Below the pieces are notes generated by a model that saw only the letters and a list, made by a program, of their open reading frames with translations, was not told the DNA's origin and did not search any database. Below are positions 54,972 through 64,000 of a DNA stretch of 64,000 nt, piece by piece; the stretch's first letter is position 1, and every line of letters starts with the position of its first letter. The stretch lies in contig CM097885.1 in assembly GCA_044892525.1 (NCBI GenBank), forward strand, positions 270,692,001 through 270,756,000. The letters run 5' to 3'. Both the position numbers and the translations under genes were made by a program. This DNA is from Schmidtea polychroa. Taxonomy: Eukaryota.

Positions 54972-57925
54972 TCATTTAATCTTGGAGACTACTTTCCTCG
55001 TTTTCCTACTTGGTCTTGTTAGTAAGTCCTCCTGTTGATCACAACAAGAAATTGCGGGAGTAGATGGGATTATATCCAAATCAACAGGCAGCTGTCGTTT
55101 CAGAGTCGCATGTTCTTGTAGATCACCTTCCAGAATGTCGTTAATCTCTATGGATCGAGATGGCTCTTTCACAGCTGTTTCCACCGAGGTATTTAATCCA
55201 GATGTTTTTCTTCTCTGCTCACCATTACTTTCAATCACAGATGTCAAGAGGACATCAAGCATGTCTGTGATAATGCAAGTCATATTTGGTGTGCAAATTT
55301 TCCTACAATGCTTAGGTATACGGTAGGAGAATTTACTGTTAGATAAAAATTTCTTTTTGTCTCTAATGATAAAAAAGAGAAATCTTTTAGCTTTTATCAT
55401 CTCTTCTTCGGATGTGCCTAACTCCATTTCATTAATGTTGCCGCCCAAATTCTCAAGAACTTTTAATTGGGTAGCCTTTTGTGGACAGATTTCATCAATT
55501 TTGTCAAGAAAGGAATTGCTTTTATAGATGGTTTCTGGCAGTGCTCGAAGTGAGGCGGGATAGCCGGGATATTATCCCGGCATTGATTTTGTAGGCGGAA
55601 TTGCATCCCGGCACTTCATTTCATATAATCTATAGGTTTATCCCGGTACTTATTTCATTTTATAGGCACACAAATACTGCAATTAAGGTCACACATAGTA
55701 CATCCATATATGTATGTATATATATATATATATTCTTTATTCTCTATTCAATTAAGAATTTCCCAAGCAGCAGTAATGGATAGGTAGGTATATTCTGAAA
55801 CTTATGATTAAATGGGTGGACACCCCCTCCCCAAAAAAAAATTTGTTGGACACCCCCCAAAGTTTTGCAACACCCCCAACTGAAAATTTCTGCATAAAAG
55901 CCTGGAATCCCGGGTGCCACAGCATGCCTATCCCGGCACATATTTTGTTCCACTTCGAGCACTGGTTTCTGGAGAGATTATGTTGTGTATTCTATCGATC
56001 TCCTCTGATAGTTTCCACTGTCGAAGTTTTAGTAGTCTTTCCTGACAACTAGAAGAGTAGTATGAAAGACTGGGGATCATATTAATCATCTCCGGACCCC
56101 AATTTTCGATGTTGTCGCACCTTAATGTATTGCAATTTTCAATTTTAGTAATTGTGTGCATCAAAAAACAATTACGTAAATAGTTTTTAACGTACTCATC
56201 AAATGTAAGATTTGAAATGTGTGTTATGGTGCCTTTTAAATTTAAATAGTTGATATAATATATTATGTCAACCAGTTTAGATGGGGAGTTTGGCTGAGTC
56301 AAAAGAGATTTAAGTATGGGGTCATCTTCTGACATTTTAACAAAATTAATCAATCCCAGGTTGAACATTATATCAGACGCATTTTCAGAATGTGAGACTT
56401 TAGGAATTTCAGTAATTTTATTAGTTTTAATAAATTTGCCCTTCACAAACGAGATCTCATTGGGGAAATTTTTTTCTAATTTTAAATCATTAATGAATTT
56501 AGTTAATAAATCAGGATTCTTATTTATATTCTCAGAAAAATATAATTCCTGAATTTCAGGAAACGATTTATATAACTCTTTCAACTGTGATCGCGAAAGT
56601 TCTAAGGTTTGAAGACTGGTGTTCTCATTACCAGAGTCACAGCTATTGAAAAGATCTAATAAGATAAAATCACCTTCAGAAAATTTTATCTGTGATCTTA
56701 TCAAGAAATCGGGAAGTTCACGTCGTTGTTTCATTCCATTCAAGATGTTATTTGTCTGTGCCGCTCTTTGATTTATATTTTTGATGGTAGCCGTCTCTGC
56801 GAGCTTATGTGAGAGGGAATACAAAAATCTTTTAATTACAGAGGATGCAGGGACAAAACTATCAACATATTTGTTAGTTTTAACAATATTTGAATCTATT
56901 AGCGAAATTTTCAATGCACTAGAAGTTTTTATCTCGATCGGGGCTTTCGCTTTATAGTTCAATTTATGGGAAACGCATATGTTGTGGTTTCTGTAAAAGA
57001 AATGTGAAAAATCCACGATCGACAAAGGATTATCATTTCCAGATATAGAAGATAATTCTTTATTTATTGTTTGAAATTTATTCAGAGTTTCCCGAGACTT
57101 AATTAATTTACCTAATTTTGGAAAAAGTTTTATCAAATTTATTTTCTCCGTTCTTGAAAGGGTTCGTACATAGGAAGGGAAAATTGAATTTGAGTATTTT
57201 GTTTTTGAATTTTTTATCACAAAACTTAAATTATTGCCAGCTTTACTGGTCTTTTCTGAAGTTTGGAATTTTTTATTTTTAATATTTTCTTTAGGAATAT
57301 CTTTAGATGGAATTTTACCAATATTAATTGATATATTGTTTTTATTATTACAGGGTTCAGAACTTCCCACTTTACTTCCTTGCACAATTTCATAATTTTG
57401 ATTTTTAAAATTATAATTATCAAAATTACTTTTGTTTAAGTAACCTAGTTTATGACACTCTAAATTATCATTTTCAAAAATAGGTAAATTAAATTCTTTA
57501 TTTAAATTATTTTTAATTGTTATTTTCAAATTAGGATTTTTAAGCTCTGGCGCTGATAAACTAGGAATAGAACAATTTTTAGAAGATCTACCATTATAAA
57601 TTTTATTTTTAATAAATAAATTGTTTTCTTTCAAATTTTCATTTTTATTACTTAAAGAATTTTTAATAAAAATGTGTTTAAAATCTACATTAACTACTCT
57701 AGGATTATCCAAATTATTGCTCTGAAATTCTTCAGAAGCATTGAAATTTTTTTCATTAAAATTACAAGAAAAACATTTATTTAAATTTTCAATGATTAAA
57801 TTCAACTTAAAATTTACCTGATTTAATGCATCCTCCATGGAAATCAGTCGAGAATCCAATCTAGGCATGATTTCATTTTGAGCTCCAGAAAGTTGTGCAT
57901 ATAAATAGTTTTTCTCAATATCCAT
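54972..57925 (-). pseudogene. Family C ORF1 (839 aa when restored), interrupted by a hAT MITE
   Basis: Removing 55539-55964 and one TSD copy rejoins ..HNIISPET-IYKSNSFLDKIDE..LGGNINEM in frame (2520 nt). This matches the B ORF1 block SPETIACVNSFLD. Confidence 0.88.
55539..55964. mobile_element. hAT-type MITE, 426 bp
   Basis: 14-bp perfect TIR CAGTGCTCGAAGTG / CACTTCGAGCACTG. 8-bp TSD GTTTCTGG (55531-55538, 55965-55972). Repeated subterminal ATCCCGG motifs. No coding capacity. Confidence 0.92.
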
Positions 57926-58229
57926 CTCTCAATATTAACAATCAATTTGCTACTGATTGATTGAAAGTAGTATATTTTTAAAATATATTCCAATTTCAAT
58001 GTTGATGTTCATACGTGTTATTGCGTAATCTAATGTTTGTCGTTTCCGGAGGAGATTGCGTCATAAGAGGTTGAACGTAACTTTTCATATTGACAAATGG
58101 AGGTTCAACATTTTCACTGTGACTACCCAGGATTCTATTTACAGTTTTCTTCATATTTTTCAGAAATTCCGTCGAGTTTTTTACTTTGCTAACTTTATTA
58201 TGGTTTCTCCCGAGATATGGTTTTCGCAT

Positions 58230-59514
58230 ATCTTGATTGTCAACGTTGCCTCACATAGTTTAAATCTAGTCGGATAAGAAACTGCAAATGTTGTTCATGA
58301 TGTTGTCTCATTTTTTGGTATAATCCAACAATTATTTCTATTTTTCAAATTCGAAATAAAAATGTAATACAATGACAGAAGCGTTGCCGTTTAATGAGAA
58401 AACGCTTTTTTTTCGTGAACAAATTTTTGAAACTTTAAAGTAAATAAAAAATTACGAACACCTGTGCTTGATTTATTAGAAGCTTTTACTCCTCATTCTT
58501 CATTTGAATCGTTCATTAAAGAAAAACGAAATAATCTTGACATCGAATCGACCCAATACGAGATATCAGCGAAATTTTTAATTAATGGTTTCAGTGAAGA
58601 ATACATAGTTAAAAGAAGAATAATAAAATATTCAGACAGAACAACAGGAATTGAACATAAATCAACAAGGATAGATAAATTCAGAATTGAAGTTTTGAAC
58701 GTCGTTTTAGACAAATTTCTAATTGAATTCAAAAAACGAAGTAAAATTTACGAGGAAAATTCTACTTATTTTAGATTTTTATTTCATATTGTATATAAAA
58801 AACAAAAGAAATCAGTGAATCTAGTATTGGAAAAGTATATATATTTTATAAAAATGATGTTGACGATATTACCACCTTGAAATTTGAGTGTATTCATTTT
58901 AAAATAATATATTGATATAATTACAGTTGACGAACAAACCTCATTTAATTGTGTACAAATTTTAAAAATTATTTACTATAAACAATTAATTGATACTTTT
59001 CCAAATTTATATACATAATTCAAAATGTTCCTTACGATACCTATTACTAATTGTGAAGCAGAAAGATCATTCTCAAGAATGAGTTAAATTAAAAATAAAC
59101 AAAGAAATAAAATGAATAGCGGACTTGGTAATTTTATCAGTGGAAAGTGATTTAACGAAGTCATTGAACTATGATGAAGTTATTTAGGAATATGCTGAGA
59201 AAAAAGTCAGAAAAATGCGTCCTTAATAATTTTAAAATTTAATAATCTGTTATTGTAATTGTATTGTATTTAATTTTATTGAGATTGTTGTTAATATCCA
59301 TGTGTGTACTTCTTAATACACACATACGAGTAATTAATAAAAATTTAATAAATAATAATTAACCTTTAATACTGTCTTTTCTTTTTTAAAATATTTTATG
59401 GTCAATGGCGAAGGCGAAGCCAATAAAGTAAAAGAAAACAATTTTTTTTGAAACGTGTAGGACTCCTTGGTATTTTTAAGCCCTGGGCCCCCATAAAAGC
59501 TAGATCCGGCCCTG
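58230..59514 (+). mobile_element. Decayed hAT DNA transposon, 3' part only
   Basis: SHSLNLVG*..SFFGIIQQLF near 58250-58345 and PITNCEAERSFSRM (hAT dimerization domain) near 59040-59080, with stops and frameshifts. Ends in a TIR-like CTAGATCCGGCCCTG. Confidence 0.75.
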
Positions 59515-59923
59515 TATGGTCATAACAACAATTAGCTAATTTTTATTGTTAGTAAGATTTTATTTGATAGAAAAATAGAAAAGTAGAAAATCAACGTACT
59601 CCATCGTTAGACTTCAATTTCGTATTGTTCATTGGGCTACGATATATTGTGAAGTAACACGAGAATTATTTTTATTTTCAATTACTATTATTAAAATAGA
59701 TAAAAATTGTGATTGCTGCTAATAATTTAAAATTCATTTTTTGTAGATATATAAGAAAATTGAATTTTTATTTTATAAAATAAATTCTATAAATAGTTTT
59801 GTTTATTTAAATCAAATTTCATCTTAAAGTCATATGCTATAGTTGAGTAATATAACTAATTTTATAATTTAATTATTTCATCTTATTTTACTTTTTTCGT
59901 AATCAAATAAAATATAGTATAAA

Positions 59924-60609
59924 ATGATTGTTACATCACCAGATGCTACTATTTCCCAAATATTAAATTCTTACATTCTTCACACGGCATCACTGCCGAA
60001 TAACAGCCAAGAGAAAATCAAACATTTACAGTATAATTATTTATTTAATTAACATTTTAACAGGAATTGTGGAATCTACAGATATCTTAACGATTTTCGT
60101 ACCCTTCAGTGTCCATTGTTTCTCGATCACAAATGTCAAGTTCATCGACCATTCGCATGTTTTTACTGGCATTTTCCAAATCAGCGCCGTCGCCGTCCGA
60201 TAAAAAAAAGTGACGGGACGTTCAATTACAATCCCGATGTTTACTGCACAGTTTACGATGAGAATACGGGAATTTGTCCGAATGGCGAGGAGTAAACTTA
60301 GTGATAATTGCAACGCAGATAATTGAATATTACTATCCAACAGTTGCCTTTATGTTCATCGCAATGCCGGTGATACCGAACGCAGATATCATCCGCGATA
60401 TTTCAAGACCGGCCAATGCATTTATGAGACATCGGATAATGGAACTTGTGTGAAAAACGGACAACATTGCGCGTTTGCCCATGGACTTGAGGATCTACGG
60501 CAGCCAGTTTACGATATTCGCGAGGTTTCGGACGCAGTGGAGCACATTTCAAATTTGCCAGCCGCCCTCGAAAAAGAACGAGTTCTTAGTGAGGACCCGA
60601 AATGGAACG
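59924..60609 (+). CDS. unk: Unkempt-family CCCH zinc-finger RNA-binding protein, first three coding exons (59924-60030, 60082-60291, 60344-60609)
   Basis: Spliced translation EKIKHLQYLNDFRTLQCPLFLDHKCQVHRPFACFYWHFPNQRRRRP..DGTFNYNPDVYC..CPNGEDCLYVHRNAGDTERRYHPRYFKTGQC..CVKNGQHCAFAHGLEDLRQPVYDIRE..SEDPKW matches Unkempt. GT-AG introns of 51 and 52 nt keep the frame. The start codon is less certain. Confidence 0.9.
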
Positions 60610-61954
60610 GTGGGTAAATTGATCAACTCGTTCATCTATTATTTCATTTGGTGAACTATTGCATAATTTTATTTATTCATTCGATCGATGCGATAATTAT
60701 TTTCAATTGATTATAATTATTATAATTAATAATAATATTAACATCATTACAAATCTGATTAGAAGGCGAAAATAAGCGAAAATAACAATGAAGCCATCAC
60801 GTGATATTCAACTATCCAATCATATGTGCATCGTGTTTGCGTGTGTGCTGTTAGTGTGCACGCACACATTGGCATCATTGAACAATGCAATGTAACAATG
60901 AAATGTATGATATCCAGGTTCTGTTAGATAATTATGGAATGATTCTTTGATGCAACATTTATTATATCAACTTGGTTTTCTCTCAGGTTCATATTTCATA
61001 TATATTGTTTTCATGGCAACGGCGATGATGACAACAACAATAATATTATTATTATATAATTTCTGCACGTGACCTTGACATAGTTTCCATTAATCGGATT
61101 GGTTAGAAATTGTTTCTCTGCTGCAATGGGATTGCGATAAGGATTGCAGCTGCTGCTGATGATTAGTAATATTATTATCGATCGAATTCCTTATCGAGGA
61201 TTGGATAATCGATTCGATTTGTCACGAGTTCCGATTGTTTTCATTCTCCAGTTGATTGGTTGTAAATATTTCCCACTAATCACGTCATTGATTGGTTAGT
61301 TTGCATTTTGAACCTTCTCACAATTTAATTGAATCGGATTTCCCAAGTGATTCAAAGGTCAACATTTATTTATTTGTCAATTTATCAGCTCAATCAATTT
61401 GTGATGCGGTTGATTCAATGCGATTCGATCCTAATGTCTTGGTAATTAGGACTGTGGACGTCGCTATTCATTTGGTATTGAGCCTTGGGTAACCGTTACT
61501 TGGTGTAGGAGGGAGACGAGGAGGAGGGGGAGAGGGAATATGATACATAATTTCCATTCATTTCGGAATTCGAATGGAAAATGTGATAGTTATTGATAAA
61601 TCAGTTCACCCGATCCTTTATGCCATATTTATGTAGCATGTGGCGTTCATAATATTAGGATCATTGATTAGGTGATCAATTATGTGACCCCCCCCTGCTA
61701 GCAAGGCCTCAATTCCTAAGGATCACAAGCGAAGACAAACGATAAAAGTGAAAGAGGATAATATGAAGGAATTTGAAAGTTGCAAGAACTTTTGGCCAGC
61801 GTCAAAGTTTTATAACATCCTTGCATTGATCTAATTATTAACATTTTTACATATATGAAATAGATAATTATCAATAATTATCAATAAAATTTAAAAGTTA
61901 TAAAAACGATATTTTGGAATTAATGAGTGGAAAATTTTGTTATTACAATGTTGA

Positions 61955-62780
61955 TTTATTTATTGTATTTATTATTTAATTATTGTATTTATTATTTAAT
62001 TATTGGAATTGATTATTATTTAATTATTGGAATTATTTATTATTTAATTATTCTATTTATTATTTAATTGTTGGAATTATTTATTATTTAATTATTGTAT
62101 TTACTATTTAATTATTGGGATTATTTTTTATTTAATTATTGGAAATATTTATTATTTAATTATTGGAATTATTTATTATTTAATTATTGGAATTGATTAT
62201 TATTTAATTATTGGAATTATTTATTATTTAATTATTCTATTTATTATTTAATTGTTGGAATTATTTATTATTTAATTATTGTATTTACTATTTAATTATT
62301 GGGATTATTTTTTATTTAATTATTGGAAATATTTATTATTTAATTATTGGAATTATTTATTATTTAATTATTGGAATTGATTATTATTTAATTATTGGAA
62401 TTATTTATTATTTAATTATTCTATTTATTATTTAATTATTCTATTTATTATTTAATTGTTGGAATTATTTATTATTTAATTATTGTATTTACTATTTAAT
62501 TATTGGGATTATTTTTTATTTAATTATTGGAAATATTTATTATTTAATTATTGGAATTATTTATTATTTAATTATTGGAATTATTTATTATTTAATTTTT
62601 ATATTTATTATTTAATTATGGAATTTATTTATCATTTAATTGTGGAATTTATTTATCATTAATTATGGGATTTATTATTTAATTATTGAATTTATCATTT
62701 AATTATTGGAATTTATTTATCATTAATTATCGGATTTATTTATTATTTAATTATCGGATTTATTTATCATTCAATTATTT
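61955..62780. repeat. AT-rich minisatellite (TTTATTATTTAATTATTGGAAT-like) with a 184-bp higher-order period
   Basis: The variant GATTATT recurs at 62011, 62195 and 62379. Confidence 0.85.
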
Positions 62781-63736
62781 AACATTTAATTAATGCTCCT
62801 ACCAATAAATCATCGCTTTATAATATCGATTCTAACATGTGAGACTAATTCATCTTTCTGTTTCTGAACTTGATATGATGAAATCTCTCATTTATTTCCT
62901 TCTCCAAGCTCTTCCTCGTGAACATTTTATCATTTTTCATAGATCTAGGCGTGTTCCAGTTTCCTTAGACATTTGTATTTTTAGTAATGATTTTTGCTAT
63001 GACAAAACAACCTCTGATCTACTATTTTCAGTAACGGAAATCCTTAGAGTTCTTCCCTAGCGCAATAATTGCTCGGCACGTGGAATATCTATAACTTCCT
63101 ATAGAGATATCAATGCTAGTAGAGAAAATGAAGGAAATTAGAATTGAATGGCAGTAAAAAGGTTTTGATCCATGAGATTGCCGCTACAAATTATGACACT
63201 AAATGAAATTCCTATTTCTAACGCAATTAATTATTCAAGGTTTCGTGCTCAGAATTTGTTGATGATTATAATTGATAATATAATGGTAATATTATCTCCT
63301 GTCTTCTGTTGGGGCCTCTAGGTGTTGATTTGTGTTTACTAAGGTTGCTTTTGACTTTTGACTTTATTAGCTCTGCATATGAACTGAGCGATGCATTTCT
63401 ACAAGTGTCCCCAAGGCCAGTGTGACAGAGTATACAGGGTATGCCAGACATAAACCCCATCAATGCTCTATTCACCAGAATGCTTTAAATACAATTAAAA
63501 ACAGACTTGAATTAGAATTTCTTTTCTTTTGTAGGTTTTCGACTTTTATACCGGGAATTAAATGAGCAGTCAACATCCCAAATGCCTACATACTGCCTCA
63601 TTCATTGCCCTCCATATCTCTCTGTCAATTTAACGGTATCAATTGGCAATGAGATAAGGGTTTGACATATTATTTCTGACATTCTATAGCTTGCGCGCAC
63701 TGAGGACCGCGATTGGGGAACATTTTATCCACAATG

Positions 63737-64000
63737 TTATCCGTTATGTCACAGCCATTGATGATTGCTAGTGATCCGCTATGTAATGCCAGTGGAGTTA
63801 TCCGTTATTATATGCCGTTATGTCACTGGCATTGATGATTGCTAGTGATCCGCTATGTAATGCCAGTGGAGTTATCCGTTATTATATGCCGTTATGTCAC
63901 AGCCATTGGTGATTGCTAGGGATCCGCTATGTAATGCCAGTGGAGTTATCCGTTATTATATGCCGTTATGTCACAGCCATTGGTGATTGCTAGTGATCCG
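63737..64000. repeat. 74-bp tandem repeat running off the window
   Basis: GATCCG recurs at 63773, 63847, 63921 and 63995. Confidence 0.9.

Larger units (their letters stand above)
48922..58229 (-). mobile_element. Chimeric insertion: family A 3' part (48922-53826) + family C 5' part (53827 to about 57995) + short A-derived fragments (about 58003-58229)
   Basis: Identity to A ends at aaggta (53826) and a third-family ORF2 N-terminus and ORF1 follow. The 3' junction is identical to other A copies. Confidence 0.88.

Noticed and set aside
62839-63700. Short ORFs and a possible acceptor site near 63535 as further unkempt exons
   Set aside because: The translations do not match the expected next Unkempt segment (YKTEPC..CRQGYAC), and I recognize no domain.

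Overview
AT-rich eukaryotic DNA, possibly planarian (an inference from composition, ~50-nt introns and NeSL/R5-type elements). Bases 1-48921 are a near-perfect tandem array of 281-bp units, each carrying a minus-strand tRNA-Cys(GCA) gene (66 intact copies by my count). Five non-LTR retrotransposons from three divergent families (A, B, C) interrupt the array. All lie co-oriented with the tRNA and all have their 3' end at the same D-loop position (GGT^AGAGC). Each encodes an unknown ORF1, then an ORF2 with Ulp1/SENP-like protease repeats, reverse transcriptase, a CCHC knuckle and a restriction-like endonuclease. The main finding is that in all three families ORF1 and ORF2 are in the same frame, separated by one UGA in a conserved context and followed by a conserved stem-loop, which suggests programmed stop-codon readthrough. 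One A copy has deleted that stop in frame. The last insertion is an A/C chimera carrying a hAT MITE and a patchwork 5' end. Beyond the array are a decayed hAT transposon, the first three coding exons of an unkempt homolog and two satellites. Coordinates were counted by hand and no searches were run.
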